From the NCBI GenBank assembly GCA_044226625.1, contig JBGAGQ010000004.1, forward strand, positions 1 to 64,000: DNA of 64,000 nt, in the 5' to 3' direction. Below the pieces are notes generated by a model, which worked only from the letters and a program-made list of their open reading frames with translations, had not been told where the DNA came from and did no database searches. The position numbers and the translations under genes were made by a program. This DNA is from Thermoanaerobaculia bacterium. GTDB lineage: Bacteria; Acidobacteriota; Thermoanaerobaculia; Multivoradales; UBA5704. The stretch's first letter is position 1. The number at the start of each line of letters is the position of its first letter. This document shows positions 37,256-48,319 of the stretch, in pieces.

Positions 37256-38463
37256 GCACGAGCTACTCCGGCACCTCGGAGATCGAGCGCTTTCCCCGCT
37301 TGGTCCGCCAGTATGACGGGCTACGGCAGGTCGTCGAGGAGATCTCGAGCGAGCTCGAGCTGCGCCCGCTGCTCACGTCGATCGTCCGCCATGCATGCGA
37401 GCTGCTCGACGCATGGGACGGCTCGATCGGCCTCCACGACGAGCGACTCGGGGTCTTCCGGACCGAGGCTATCTATCGCATGCCGCTCGCCGAGCTGGGA
37501 CGCGAGATGGGCCCCGGAGTGGGGCTCGCCGGCCTCGTGCTCGAACGGCGCGCCGCCGTGGTGCTCGAACGCTACGATCAGGCTCCCCTTCCTCTTCTTC
37601 CGGAGCTCGCCGCCAACGCCGTCATCGGCATGCCGATCCTCTGGCGCGAGCGCCTGATCGGATTTTTCGGCATCGGAGCGCCGCCTCCGCGACGGTTCGA
37701 CGGCGAAGACGTCGAGATCCTCAGCTTGTTTGCCCGCCACGCCGCGGTGGCGATCGAGAACGCCCGGCTCTACGAGCAGGCGCAGCAGACCGCCGTTCTC
37801 GAAGAGCGCAACCGCCTCGCACGCGAGCTGCACGACTCCGTGACGCAGAAACTGTTCAGCCTGTCGCTCATCGCCCAGACCCTCACCTCCGCCTGGAAGC
37901 GCGACCCGGAGGAAGGAGAACGGCGGACCGCGCGGCTGGTCGAGCTTTCCGGCACGGCGCTCGCCGAGATGCGGAGCCTCCTCGACGAGCTACGGCCCCA
38001 GACCTCGCGCGCCGATGCGACACCGCCGACGACCGGCGGCCCGGGCCTCCCCGGGGGGCTCCTCCTCGAGCTGCGCAAGCTGCTCCGCGAGCACGGCAAG
38101 GACGGGCTCAAGGTCGGCTTTCTCTTGCGCGGCTACGAGGAGGAGGACGAGGCGCTGGAGCACGCGCTCTTCCGCGTGGCCCAAGAAGCCCTCGCTAACG
38201 TGGCCAAGCACGCGCGGGTCGAAGAAGCGACGCTCCTGCTCGGCAAGGAAGGATCTCGGATCGAGCTCCGCGTGGTCGACGCCGGTGTGGGCTTTCATCC
38301 GGCCCGACGGAGCAGGTCGAAAGACGCCGGCGCGCGCGGCGGCTTGGGGATCCTCGCGATGCGCGAGCGGATGGAACGCTGCGGCGGCGAGCTGCGCCTC
38401 GAGTCCCGTCCAGGCGGTGGAACCGTCGTCCGCGCAACCGTCTATCGGAGGGAGAAGTCATGA
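37252..38463 (+). CDS. GAF sensor histidine kinase (HisKA_3 type)
   Basis: GAF domain; EERNRLARELHDSVTQ; QEALANVAKHA; DAGVGF; GLG..MRER. Confidence 0.93.
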   Translation: MSTSYSGTSEIERFPRLVRQYDGLRQVVEEISSELELRPLLTSIVRHACELLDAWDGSIGLHDERLGVFRTEAIYRMPLAELGREMGPGVGLAGLVLERRAAVVLERYDQAPLPLLPELAANAVIGMPILWRERLIGFFGIGAPPPRRFDGEDVEILSLFARHAAVAIENARLYEQAQQTAVLEERNRLARELHDSVTQKLFSLSLIAQTLTSAWKRDPEEGERRTARLVELSGTALAEMRSLLDELRPQTSRADATPPTTGGPGLPGGLLLELRKLLREHGKDGLKVGFLLRGYEEEDEALEHALFRVAQEALANVAKHARVEEATLLLGKEGSRIELRVVDAGVGFHPARRSRSKDAGARGGLGILAMRERMERCGGELRLESRPGGGTVVRATVYRREKS

Positions 38464-39110
38464 CCGCGACCATCCGGGTCCTCGTCGCCGACGATCACGA
38501 GATCGTGCGCGAAGGGCTCTCGACCCTATTTTCCGAAGAACCCGATTTCGCCGTCGTCGGCGAAGCGAGAGACGGCGAAGAGGCGGTGGCGAAGGCGCTC
38601 GAGCTCGCGCCCGACGTCGTCCTGATGGACCTCATGATGCCTCGCCTCGACGGCATCGAGGCGACCCGCCGCATCCTCGCGCAGGCTCCGGGGACCCACG
38701 TGCTCGTCCTCACCTCCTACGCCGACGAGCCGCACGTCCGCCGCGCGATCGCCGCGGGCGCGCAGGGCTTCCTGCTCAAGGACGTCCTCAAGGAAGAGCT
38801 CTTGCGCTCGATCCGGAATGTCGCCGACGGGCGGCCCGCGCTCCACGCCGAGGCTCAACGCCACCTGATGCGGCGCGTCGTCGGCGGAGGCCGCCCCGTG
38901 GCCGAAGAGCTTACCGAGCGTGAGCTGTCCGTCCTCCAACTGATCGGCCGCGGGCGATCGAACAAGGAGATCGCGAAGACCCTCCACCTCTCGGAAGGGA
39001 CGGTCAAAGGGCACGTCTCCGCCATCCTCTCGAAGATCGGGGTCGAGGACCGCACCCAGGCGGCGCTCTTCGCCGTGCGCGAAGGGTGGGTACCGCTCCG
39101 GGACGACTGA
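38460..39110 (+). CDS. NarL/LuxR-family response regulator
   Basis: [19 protein letters not shown]...[17 protein letters not shown]; ATGA-coupled to the kinase. Confidence 0.95.
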   Translation: MTATIRVLVADDHEIVREGLSTLFSEEPDFAVVGEARDGEEAVAKALELAPDVVLMDLMMPRLDGIEATRRILAQAPGTHVLVLTSYADEPHVRRAIAAGAQGFLLKDVLKEELLRSIRNVADGRPALHAEAQRHLMRRVVGGGRPVAEELTERELSVLQLIGRGRSNKEIAKTLHLSEGTVKGHVSAILSKIGVEDRTQAALFAVREGWVPLRDD

Positions 39111-39196
39111 CGACTGCGAGCGTGGACCCGTCCCGCACCGAAAGCGATTCCGCGGCGCGTCCGATACAATCCGCGCCGAACGCGAGGAGACCCCCG

Positions 39197-40324
39197 ATGA
39201 GCCATTCCCAGAGCCGGCACCTCGCCGGCAAACGCATCTTTCCCGAGCCGCTCACCGGCACGGAGAGCCTGGTCGAGGTGATCGACCGGGCGTTCACCGC
39301 CTACAACGGCGCGCGGCTGCGCGAGGCCTGCGAGCTGCTGACGCGAAAGATGCTCCAGGCCGACGTCACGGTCGGCATGTCGCTCTCCGGCGCGCTCACT
39401 CCCGGTGGCTACGGCAAGTCTTGCCTGGTGCCGCTAATCGATGCGGGGGCGATCGACTGGATGATCTCGACCGGGGCGAACCTCTACCACGACACCCACC
39501 ACGCGATCGGACTCAAGCTCCACCGGGGCAACCCCGCCTGGAACGACGTCGCACTCCGCGAGGAGGGGGTCGTGCGCATCTACGACATCGTGTTCGACTA
39601 CTCGGTCCTGCTCGAGACCGACAAGTTCTATCGGATGGTGATGCGCCAACCGGAGTTCGACCGGCCGATGTCGACCCCGGAGTTCCATTACCGGATCGGG
39701 CGGTACGTCGCCGCGGTCGAAGAGAAGCTCGACCTCGTCGGCACGTCGCTGCTCGCGGCGGCCTACCGCCACGCGGTGCCGATCTTCACCTCGTCGCCCG
39801 GCGACAGCTCGATCGGCATGAACGTCGCCGAGCTGTCGCTCGAAGGGTCGAAGCTCAACTTCGACATCAACGCCGACGTCAACCAGTCGGCGTCGATCGT
39901 CTGGCAGGCCAAGGAATCGGGAGGCAAGTCGGCCTGCTGGATCCTGGGTGGAGGCAGCCCCAAGAACTTCCTTCTGCAAACCGAGCCGCAAATCCAAGAG
40001 GTCCTGGGCCTCACCGAGGCGGGTCACGACTACTTCCTTCAGGTCACCGACGCACGCCCCGATACTGGCGGCCTCTCGGGCGCCACGCCGGGAGAGGCAG
40101 TCTCGTGGGGGAAGGTCGATCCCGAAAAGCTCCCGGACGCGGTCGTGGTCTACAACGACTCGACGATCGTCCTGCCGCTGCTCACCGCTTACGTCTTGGG
40201 CCAGGGAGTCCGGCGCAAACCCAAGCGGCTGTACGAGAGATTGCCCGAGTTCATGGAGCGGCTGAAGACGCAGTTCGCCGAGAAGCGGGACGAGCGGATC
40301 GCCGAAGGACAGTTCGCAGGCTAG
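39197..40324 (+). CDS. Deoxyhypusine synthase-like protein (probable homospermidine synthase, SpeY-type)
   Basis: [50 protein letters not shown]. Confidence 0.88.
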   Translation: MSHSQSRHLAGKRIFPEPLTGTESLVEVIDRAFTAYNGARLREACELLTRKMLQADVTVGMSLSGALTPGGYGKSCLVPLIDAGAIDWMISTGANLYHDTHHAIGLKLHRGNPAWNDVALREEGVVRIYDIVFDYSVLLETDKFYRMVMRQPEFDRPMSTPEFHYRIGRYVAAVEEKLDLVGTSLLAAAYRHAVPIFTSSPGDSSIGMNVAELSLEGSKLNFDINADVNQSASIVWQAKESGGKSACWILGGGSPKNFLLQTEPQIQEVLGLTEAGHDYFLQVTDARPDTGGLSGATPGEAVSWGKVDPEKLPDAVVVYNDSTIVLPLLTAYVLGQGVRRKPKRLYERLPEFMERLKTQFAEKRDERIAEGQFAG

Positions 40325-40384
40325 TCGGGAAAGGCCGCAAAAAGCAGGCGTGGAAAGGCCGGTCCCCAGCCCGGCCTTACATCG

Positions 40385-43317
40385 TCAGTGCGGGCGGCCC
40401 AGCTCTTCGATGCGGGCGACCACGTCGCGGTAGTTGCTGTTGATTCCGTACAGCTCGACGAAGGTCTTGTAGGCCGAATCGACGTCGCCGGTCGACAGGT
40501 AGGCGTTCCCGAGGTCGTAGAGAAGGCCGAGCGAGTCGTCTTCCGATACACCGGGGGCGTCTAGACCGCGGCGATACCACTTGACCGCGAGCTCGGGGAT
40601 CCCCTTTTCGAGGAAGCAGAGGCCGAGGTTCGAGCAGCACGACACCAGGTAGTTCCGGTCCTTGGCCGCGAGCTGGAACTCGCCGATCGCCTCGTCGATC
40701 AGGCCCATCTCGCGATAGGCGATGCCGAGGTTGAAGTGAGTGTCGTAGTCGGTCGACGAGAGGTTCTCCGAGACCCCCTTCTTGAATCCCTCGACGATCT
40801 CTTCGAGCGTCTGCTCGACCGGCCCGGCTAGAAGATCCCCGCCTCCGACCTCCCGCTCCAGCTCCTGCTCGAGCTCGCCCGCGAGATCGAAGAAATCGTC
40901 GTCCGGGAAGGGCGAGTGGCTGCGCGCGGCTGGCGGAGGGGGCGGCGGTGCGGCATCCGCCGAGCGGAGCGCCTCCGCCTCGTCCAGCCAGCTCATGCCG
41001 GTGTCGTCCAGGCTCGAGGCGTCCGGCGATGGGCTGATCGGCGGACCATCCGCGCGAAGACCCGGGACGACGAAATCGTCGTCGAGGTCGTCGAGCGAGG
41101 CGGCGATTCCGCGGGGATCGAACAGATCGTTGCCCTGGAGCGGCTCCTGCCAGACCGGCTCGGTAGGCGCCAGGGGTAAGGCGTACGCCGCGGGAGGAGC
41201 CGGCGGCGGCATCACGGACGGCGGAACGATCGCCGGCTTGGCCGCGGCGGGCGGAGCGGTGGAAGGGGGCGCGGGCCGTTTCGCCGGCTTGCCCTTGCCC
41301 GCGGTGCCGATCAGTGCCTCGAGCTCCCGGTCGATGACTCGCGACGGTCGCGGCTTCGCCGACGGCGACGGAGCGGCAGGAGCCGCCGTAGCGGGAGGAG
41401 CCGACGCGGCGGCCGCGGGCGGGATCGGAGCCGGCAGCTCCAGCGGCTCCATCGGCTCGATCGGGAACGGCGCGGGCGGCTCGACCTCCAGCTCTACCGA
41501 GAAGTCCGGCTCAAACTCGGGAGCGCGGGAGGAGGGCTCCGGCTGCGGCGGCGACAGGTCTTCGAACATGCCGCCGAAATCGGCCCGTGGCAGCGGTTCC
41601 GGAGCGCCCACGCGGGGCGGCGCCTTCGCCTGCGTCTCTTCGACCGAGATGCCGACGCTCGCGAGCTTGCGTCGCACCTGCTCCCAGACTTCGGACTTCT
41701 TCCGCCCGACCGCCTGGGCCATCTTCTGGCCGGCCTCCGCCGCGGGCCCCAGGCGTCCGCGGTCGAGATGCAGCTGGATCAGCAGGGCGTACGCTTCCAG
41801 ATGGCGCGGGTCCGCGCGCAACGCGTCGTGCAACCGCTCGATCGCCTTGTCTTCCAGGCCGTAGCGCGCGAGTACCTCCGCCTCGGTGAGGAGGTCCTCC
41901 TGTTTTTCCGGAGCCCGCGCATAGAGCCCCGCGGCGGTTCGCTCCAGCTCCTCAGCGTCCAGGCGGGCGCTCGGAGCGCCGGTTGCGGCGGCTGACGGAT
42001 CCGATTCGAGCATGTGGCGGAATGGATCGACCAGCTCGAACGAACCGGTTCGGCCCATTTCGCCGAGATCGATCTCCGAGATCTCCTCCCACGACGCCTC
42101 GTCGGTCGGCGCGGGGGCCGGCGCCTCGAACGCTTCGGCGGGGGTGGGCTCGCGAACAGAGGGGGCGGACGGCGGCGCGACCTCGATCGGCGGTAGCGGC
42201 GGCGAGGCCGGCTCCTGGGCGACCTCGGCATCCAGCGCCCACGCGGGGCGGCGCGGTGCCCCGGCCAGCATGTCGGGAGGCGGCTTGACCAGGCTGGCGG
42301 GCTCTTCCTCCTCCATCTCGAGGACGAACACGTCGTCGAGGTCGAGGTCGATCTCGTCGCTCTCCGGCTCGGCCTCCCGCGCGCTGGGGATCTCGACCTC
42401 TCGGGCCCTGGTGGCTCCGGCTTCCCGCGTCGCCTCCTGGATCGCTTGGTCCCGATCGGCGACGCCAGACCGACCAGCCGCGGGTTCCTCCGATTCCGGC
42501 TCGTCCTGATCGAGATCCAGATCGAGATCCACTGAAAACGGTTGCGTCGCGGGAGCCGGATCGGCAGGGGCCGGACGGACCGCGGTCCTCTCCATCGGCA
42601 CCGTCGCCGCCGGAGGCGCGGCGGCGGGCGCGCGATCGCGAGCGCGAGGAACCGAGAGGCGGCTGCCTGCCCCCCGGCCTGCCGCAGCTTGAGCACGGCG
42701 TCGGTGAGGAAGGGGATGTTCTGCGCGTCGATCGCGAGCGCCCGCTCGTAGACCTGCGCCGCTTCCGGCAGGTGGCCAGCGCTGATCATCAGCTCGGCGA
42801 TCGTGCGATATTCGCCCAGCGCCTTCTCATAAAGCTTTTGCTGCTGGTAGATCTCCGCCAGCTTGACGTGGTGAGAAGGATTGTCAGGCTCGAGGTCGAC
42901 CAGCCGGCCGTAGATCGCGCTCGCCGACGTCGCGTTGTCGTGCTTCTGGTAGTAGTCGGCGAGCACCTGGAACTGCGTGCGCGCCTCGTTGATCAGCCCC
43001 TGTTTGGCGTACAGCTCGGCGAGCGCCTCGTACACCTCGAGCAGGGTCGGATTGAGCTTGATGATCTTCTTGTAGATCGCGATCGCTTTGACGAAGAAAC
43101 CTTCCTCGGTGTAGCGCTCCGCGATTTGGGTGAAGAAATCGATCGCCTCGTCGACGCGCTGGATCCGCGCGTAGAGGTCGCCGATCCGGTTCAGCGTGTT
43201 GATGTCGTTCGGGTTGTCGGCGAGCAGCTTGCGATACTCGCGGATCGCCGGCTCGATTTTGCCGCGCGCAACGTACTTCTCTGCGGTCTGTACGATCTGG
43301 TCACGCGCGACAGCCAT
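40385..43317 (-). pseudogene. Large TPR protein (SgmX-like architecture) interrupted by a frameshift near 42630; real lesion or assembly error
   Basis: The N-terminal TPR frame (43317 down to ~42630) turns into Arg-rich nonsense after LALAIAR, while the acidic/Pro-rich and C-terminal TPR part (THFNLGIAYREMGLIDEAIGEFQ) continues in another frame to 40385. Confidence 0.7.
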
Positions 43318-44099
43318 CAGCGCATCCCTTCCAAAGCGATCTGGGCCGGAAACGACGCGGGCGGCATCGAACCCGTATTTTCGGCATCCACGATCTCGGG
43401 CCTCACCTTACGAAACGTCAGCCGATGGACCGGGGACGGTCCAAGCCGCTCCAGCGCCGCCACGTGCTCGGGCACGCCATAGCCCTTGTGCGCCGCGAAA
43501 CCGTAGCCCGGATGGCACTCCTCGAGCGCGACCATCGCTCGGTCGCGTTCCACCTTGGCGAGGATCGAAGCGCAGGCGACGGCGTAGCAGAGGGAGTCGC
43601 CGCGCACCACGGGGAGACAGGGGTACGGGAGCCCCGAGAGGAACAGCGCGTCGGTAACCGCGCAATCCGGGGAGAGCGGCAAGCCAGCCAACGCCCCGCG
43701 CATCGCGAGGCGGCTCGCCTCCAGGATGTTGACGCGGTCGATGACCTCGGCCGGAATCGAGCAGACCGACCAGGCCCGCACCGTCCGGCGGATCTCGGCG
43801 GCCAGCCGCTCGCGCTCCATCGCGTCGAGCTCCTTGCTGTCGTCCACTCCGGGGATCAGGAACTCACCGTCGACGATCACCGCCGCGGCGACGACGGGAC
43901 CGGCGAGGCAACCGCGCCCCGCCTCATCGACGCCGGCCACTCGGCAGAATCCGGAGCGGGACAGGAGGCCCTCGAGCGAGCAGAGCAGCCGCAGGCGGTA
44001 AGCCTCGGCATACAGCTCGAGAAACGTCGGGCTCGTCCGAGCGGCCGACGACGAAGCTCTCGTCACCGCGCTCCTTTCACCCCGCGGATTACGCCGCAA
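43317..44099 (-). CDS. rnhB: Ribonuclease HII
   Basis: GVDEAGRGCLAGPVVAAAV, DDSK, ASILAKVERD, HKGYG; start uncertain. Confidence 0.95.
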   Translation of the reverse strand: MRRNPRGERSAVTRASSSAARTSPTFLELYAEAYRLRLLCSLEGLLSRSGFCRVAGVDEAGRGCLAGPVVAAAVIVDGEFLIPGVDDSKELDAMERERLAAEIRRTVRAWSVCSIPAEVIDRVNILEASRLAMRGALAGLPLSPDCAVTDALFLSGLPYPCLPVVRGDSLCYAVACASILAKVERDRAMVALEECHPGYGFAAHKGYGVPEHVAALERLGPSPVHRLTFRKVRPEIVDAENTGSMPPASFPAQIALEGMR

Positions 44100-44142
44100 T
44101 AGTCACCCCGCGGATGGCCCCGACGCATCGGGGCTCGGGGGT

Positions 44143-44499
44143 TTAGCCGCGCTTGTCTTCTCGCCGCTCGTCGATGCGCGCCGCCTTACCGCGCAGATCG
44201 CGCAAGTAATAGAGCTTCGCCCGGCGGACCCGGCCGCGACGCACCACCTCGATCTTGTCGATCAAAGGGGCATGGAGCGGGAAGATGCGCTCGACGCCGA
44301 TGCTACCCGACATCTTGCGCACGGTGAACGTCTCGCGCGTCCCACCCGCGCGCCGACCGATGACCACCCCTTGGAAGATCTGGATGCGCTCCTTGTCTCC
44401 CTCTTTAACCCGGACGTGGACCTTCACCGTGTCGCCGGCGCGGAAATCCGGCATGCCCGCGCGGAGATAAGCGTTCTCGACCTGCTGTAGCTGATTCAT
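44143..44499 (-). CDS. rplS: 50S ribosomal protein L19
   Basis: [31 protein letters not shown]. Confidence 0.99.
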   Translation of the reverse strand: MNQLQQVENAYLRAGMPDFRAGDTVKVHVRVKEGDKERIQIFQGVVIGRRAGGTRETFTVRKMSGSIGVERIFPLHAPLIDKIEVVRRGRVRRAKLYYLRDLRGKAARIDERREDKRG

Positions 44500-44649
44500 G
44501 TCCTCACCTCGAAACCTGCTCCGATCCTGATTCGATGCCGCAACTCGGCCCTACCCGCAACCCGCCGTGCCGGCGAAGTCGCCGATTATCGTCAAAGACG
44601 CACCCCTCGCGCAAGCGGGTCGCGCGTCCTTCAAACCCCTTCCCGTGGA

Positions 44650-45387
44650 CTACTCCGTACCCGCGCCCTCTCGCAGCGACGCGAGCTCCCGCTCCTGCTC
44701 GGGCGTCAGACGCGCCCGGGCGATCAGATCGGGGCGCTTTTCCCAGGTGGCGCGGAGCGCCATTCGATCGCGCCACCGGTCGATCGCCGCGTGGTTGCCC
44801 GAGAGCAAGACCTCCGGCACGCCCTTCCCTTCGAAGACCGGCGGCCGGCTGTAGTGCGGAAAATCGAGCAGCCCCGCTCGAAAGCTGTCGTTCTCGACTG
44901 AGCCCGAAAGCTGGACCACCCCCGGCACCTGGCGCGAGACCGCCTCGATCAGCACCATGGCGGGCAGCTCGCCGCCCGAAAGCACGTAGTCGCCGATCGA
45001 GATCTCTTCGTCGACCACCGTCTCCCGCACCCGCTCATCGATCCCCTCGTAGCGCCCGCACAGGAGGATCAGGTCGCCACGGGCGGCAAGCTCCCGGACC
45101 TTCGCCTCGTCGAGCCGGCGCCCCTGGGGGGTGAGCAGGACGCGCCAGGGGCTCGCCCCTTCGGCGAGCGCGCGGACCCCCCGCACGCAAGGCGGAGCCG
45201 TCATCACCATCCCGCCGCCGCCGCCGTACGGCTCGTCGTCGACGCTGCGATGCCGCCCCTCGGCGTAGTCCCGCAGGTCGAAGACCCGCAGATCGAGCAG
45301 CCCCTTCTCTCGGGCTTTCCCGATTAAGCTGGTCGCGAGGAACGGCGCGAACAGCTCCGGGAAGATGGTCAGGACCTGGACGCGCAC
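44650..45387 (-). CDS. trmD: tRNA (guanine37-N1)-methyltransferase
   Basis: VDDEPYGGGGGMV, CGRYEGIDER, SIGDYVLSGGE. Confidence 0.98.
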   Translation of the reverse strand: MRVQVLTIFPELFAPFLATSLIGKAREKGLLDLRVFDLRDYAEGRHRSVDDEPYGGGGGMVMTAPPCVRGVRALAEGASPWRVLLTPQGRRLDEAKVRELAARGDLILLCGRYEGIDERVRETVVDEEISIGDYVLSGGELPAMVLIEAVSRQVPGVVQLSGSVENDSFRAGLLDFPHYSRPPVFEGKGVPEVLLSGNHAAIDRWRDRMALRATWEKRPDLIARARLTPEQERELASLREGAGTE

Positions 45388-45941
45388 GTCTCGACCAACC
45401 CCGCCGGCAGCTCAAGGTCGATCCGGCCTCGGTCGACGTCCACCTCGCGCAGAAAGCTCTGAACGAACGGGATGGGCAATCGCCGATCGCCGTCCTCGAC
45501 GATCAGCAGCAGCCCACCACCGTCCTCCACCACGTCCACCACCATGCCGAGGTCTTTCTCCCCCTCGGTGCAGCGGCAACCGATCAGCTCGAACTGGTAG
45601 TAAACCCCCGGCTCGGCTGGAGGTACGCGCTCGCGCTCGACCTCGAACGACGCCCCTCGAAGAGATTCGGCCGCATCGCGGTCGGCGATCCCCACGAACG
45701 TGAGCAGGGCACCGCCGCGAAAATCACGTCGGCTTGCGACTTTGACCCGCCGCGTCGGCTTGCCCGGGACGACCGCGAGCAGCTCGCTCCCTGGGTCGAA
45801 TCGACCGGAAACCTCCGATTCGATCCGTACCGACAGCTCCCCGCGGAGGCCGTGCGGGCGCACGACGCTCCCGACCGTGACGGTCGTGGGCAGGTCGTCG
45901 CGCGAAGTGCCGCGCGCGGCGGTCTCGGAGGTTTCAGCCAT
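45369..45941 (-). CDS. rimM: Ribosome maturation factor RimM
   Basis: VGSVVRPHGLRGEL, DRDAAESLRG, YYQFELIG, IPFV; position in the trmD operon. Confidence 0.95.
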   Translation of the reverse strand: MAETSETAARGTSRDDLPTTVTVGSVVRPHGLRGELSVRIESEVSGRFDPGSELLAVVPGKPTRRVKVASRRDFRGGALLTFVGIADRDAAESLRGASFEVERERVPPAEPGVYYQFELIGCRCTEGEKDLGMVVDVVEDGGGLLLIVEDGDRRLPIPFVQSFLREVDVDRGRIDLELPAGLVETCASRS

Positions 45942-46087
45942 TGGACATTTGCCGAGGACATCGTCAGGAAGTGGCGGGGCGTACCCCGCCCCCTGGCCTT
46001 CCTTCCGAAGATCCGACGTTCCGTTTTCGATCGCCCGTTCGAATTTCGCCCGGACGCTTTCAGGTGTGCCGCCCCGGGGGCCGGGAG

Positions 46088-46330
46088 TCAGTCCTCGATG
46101 ATCTCCAGACCGTACGGGATCGGCTCGCGCGCGTTTCGGGTATCGAGCAGTGTTCGTAGAGCTCGCACCGTTCGCCCTTGACGACCGATCACCTTGCCGA
46201 GGTCCTCCGGCGCCACCTCCACCTCGAGCAAAATCTCGTCACCGCTGGGAAACTCGGCGACTTTCACCTGGTCGGGATGGTCGACCAGGCGACGGATCAG
46301 CTCTTCGACTTCGGACCGGACTTGCCCCAC
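46088..46330 (-). CDS. khpA: KH-domain RNA-binding protein
   Basis: LVDHPDQV, DLGKVIGRQGRTVRALRTL; follows rpsP. Confidence 0.93.
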   Translation of the reverse strand: MGQVRSEVEELIRRLVDHPDQVKVAEFPSGDEILLEVEVAPEDLGKVIGRQGRTVRALRTLLDTRNAREPIPYGLEIIED

Positions 46331-46333
46331 GGG

Positions 46334-46567
46334 CTACGACGCCTTCGCGAAGAGCTTCTTGACGGTCGGCGAGAGCTGCGCTCCCTTGCTCACCCAGTAC
46401 TTGAACCGGTCGCCGTCGATCTGCATCTGCGCGGGCTGCTTCTTGGGGTCGTACCAACCGATCTCCTCGACCGCGACGGCCGACGGGGTACGGCGGGTGT
46501 CGGAGACGACGACCCGGTAAAACGGCGCGTTCGTCGCGCCCATCCGGCGGAGCCGAATTCTGACCAT
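46334..46567 (-). CDS. rpsP: 30S ribosomal protein S16
   Basis: MVRIRLRRMG..PFYRVVVSD, IGWYDP, WVSKGAQ; start corrected to 46567. Confidence 0.98.
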   Translation of the reverse strand: MVRIRLRRMGATNAPFYRVVVSDTRRTPSAVAVEEIGWYDPKKQPAQMQIDGDRFKYWVSKGAQLSPTVKKLFAKAS

Positions 46568-46631
46568 TGCTCGATTGACCTCGAATCTCGTTGAACTGAA
46601 ACGCCCAGGGTCCTGGGGTACAGGCTTCGCC

Positions 46632-46668
46632 CTCGGGCTGGAACCGCACGAAGCCCGAGACTTTAACA
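46632..46668 (-). promoter_or_regulatory. Putative extended -10 promoter and leader hairpin of rpsP
   Basis: Minus strand TGTTAAAGT followed by the CTCGGGCT...AGCCCGAG stem, ~65-100 nt upstream of rpsP. Confidence 0.45.
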
Positions 46669-46766
46669 GAAATGAACGCCGCAGCCAAGGCGGGTCACCA
46701 AGCCTCGGCGCCGAGTCGGAGCAGCAAGGCATTCCGGAAAGGTCTTTCTCTCTTTCACCCCCATCG

Positions 46767-48104
46767 CTACCGCATCTTCCCCTTCATGCCCATCGCCCGG
46801 CGCAGGAACTTGCCCTGGACGCCCTTCATCATCTTTTTCATCATCTTGTGCTGCTTGAGAAGCCGGTTGACCTCCTGAACCGAGGTGCCGGATCCCTTGG
46901 CGATGCGGATCTTCCGACTGCCGTTGATCACGTCGGGCCGGCGGCGTTCCTGGGGGGTCATCGAGTTGATCATCGCCTCGATGCGGACCAGTCCGGACTC
47001 GTCGACCTTCGAGGCGTCGAGGTCGCGGAGCGGTCCCATCTTCGGCAGCATCTCGAGGACCGAGGCGAGCGGTCCCAGCTTCCTCATCTGGCGCAGTTGA
47101 TCCCGCAGATCTTCGAGCGAAAATTCCTGGGAGACCGCGCGCTCGGCGAGGCGCTTGGCCTCCTCGACGTCGAGCCCCTTCTCAGCTCTCTCGATCAGGG
47201 ACAGGACGTCGCCCATGCCGATCATGCGCGACGCCATCCGCTCGGGGTGGAACAGCTCGAGGTCGTCCACCTTTTCGCCCACGCCGACCATGCGGATGGG
47301 GACCTTGGCGACCGTGCGGATCGAGAGCGCCGCTCCGCCGCGCGAGTCACCGTCGAGCTTGGTCAGGATCGCCCCGGTGAGCGGCACCACGGCGGCGAAC
47401 TGCTCGGCGCTCTTCACCGCGTCCTGACCGGTCATCGAATCGGCGACGAACAGCGCCTCGTCCGGCTTGACCCGAGCCGCCAACTGGCCGATCTCGGCCA
47501 TCAGCGCCTGGTCGACGTGGAGTCGTCCCGCGGTGTCGACGATCACCACGTCGTGGCCGCGGTCGCGCGCCACCTTGAGCGCCCGATCGGCGAGCCGGAT
47601 CACGTCCTCTCCCGCCTCCGGGACGACGACGGGGACTCCCGCGATCTTGCCCACCTGCTGAAGCTGCTCGACCGCCGCAGCGCGCTGAAGGTCGCCCGCG
47701 ACTAGGATCGGATGACGCCCCTTGCTCACGAGGCGCTTGGAGAGCTTGCCCGCCGTGGTCGTCTTGCCGGAGCCCTGGAGGCCGCAAAGCAGAACGACCG
47801 ACGGCCGGCTGGTCAATCGCAGCTCCTGCCCCTCCTCCCCCAGCAGCTCGGCGAGCTCGTCGCGGACGATCTTTACTACCTGCTGCGAAGGCGACAGGCT
47901 CTCCATCACCTCGGCGCCGAGCGCCCGTTCGCGGATCCGCTCGACGAACGGCTTGACCACGCGGATGTGGACGTCCGCCTCGAGCAGCGCGAGCCGAATC
48001 TGGCGAAGCGCGCCCGAGAGCACCTCCTCCGAGATCCGCCCCTCGCCCTTCAGGTTGCGGAAGACCTCTTGCAGCTTGTTTTGCAGCCCGTCGAACATCG
48101 CCAT
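46767..48104 (-). CDS. ffh: Signal recognition particle protein
   Basis: GLQGSGKTTT, DTAGR, TKLDGDSRGG, Met-rich M domain. Confidence 0.99.
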   Translation of the reverse strand: MAMFDGLQNKLQEVFRNLKGEGRISEEVLSGALRQIRLALLEADVHIRVVKPFVERIRERALGAEVMESLSPSQQVVKIVRDELAELLGEEGQELRLTSRPSVVLLCGLQGSGKTTTAGKLSKRLVSKGRHPILVAGDLQRAAAVEQLQQVGKIAGVPVVVPEAGEDVIRLADRALKVARDRGHDVVIVDTAGRLHVDQALMAEIGQLAARVKPDEALFVADSMTGQDAVKSAEQFAAVVPLTGAILTKLDGDSRGGAALSIRTVAKVPIRMVGVGEKVDDLELFHPERMASRMIGMGDVLSLIERAEKGLDVEEAKRLAERAVSQEFSLEDLRDQLRQMRKLGPLASVLEMLPKMGPLRDLDASKVDESGLVRIEAMINSMTPQERRRPDVINGSRKIRIAKGSGTSVQEVNRLLKQHKMMKKMMKGVQGKFLRRAMGMKGKMR

Positions 48105-48319
48105 CGGGAAGCTCTCCAGAAAACCGTGCGGCGCACGGGGCGCCGAATGGTCGCAGGCCGAAAGCGCGCCGTCAACCAGGCGAGGGCCCTCCCGCGGGTA
48201 CCGGTGGCCTAGCCGCGGATTGCCAACGTCCTGGAAAAAGAGACGCGCGGGGCCTCCGAACGGTCACCGCGCGGCAGAGAATAAGGCGCCGCCGAGCGAC
48301 GGCAGGGCTCTCGTCAGGC

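Noticed and set aside
44106-44141. GC hairpin downstream of rplS as a terminator or ncRNA
   Set aside because: The stem (GCCCCGA-CGCA-TCGGGGC) has no U tract and rnhB follows immediately; not enough support.
46568-46766. SRP RNA (ffs) next to ffh
   Set aside because: No recognisable SRP domain IV (GNRA-capped CAGG..GGAA..AGCAG) stem could be matched confidently; the region looks like the rpsP promoter/leader.
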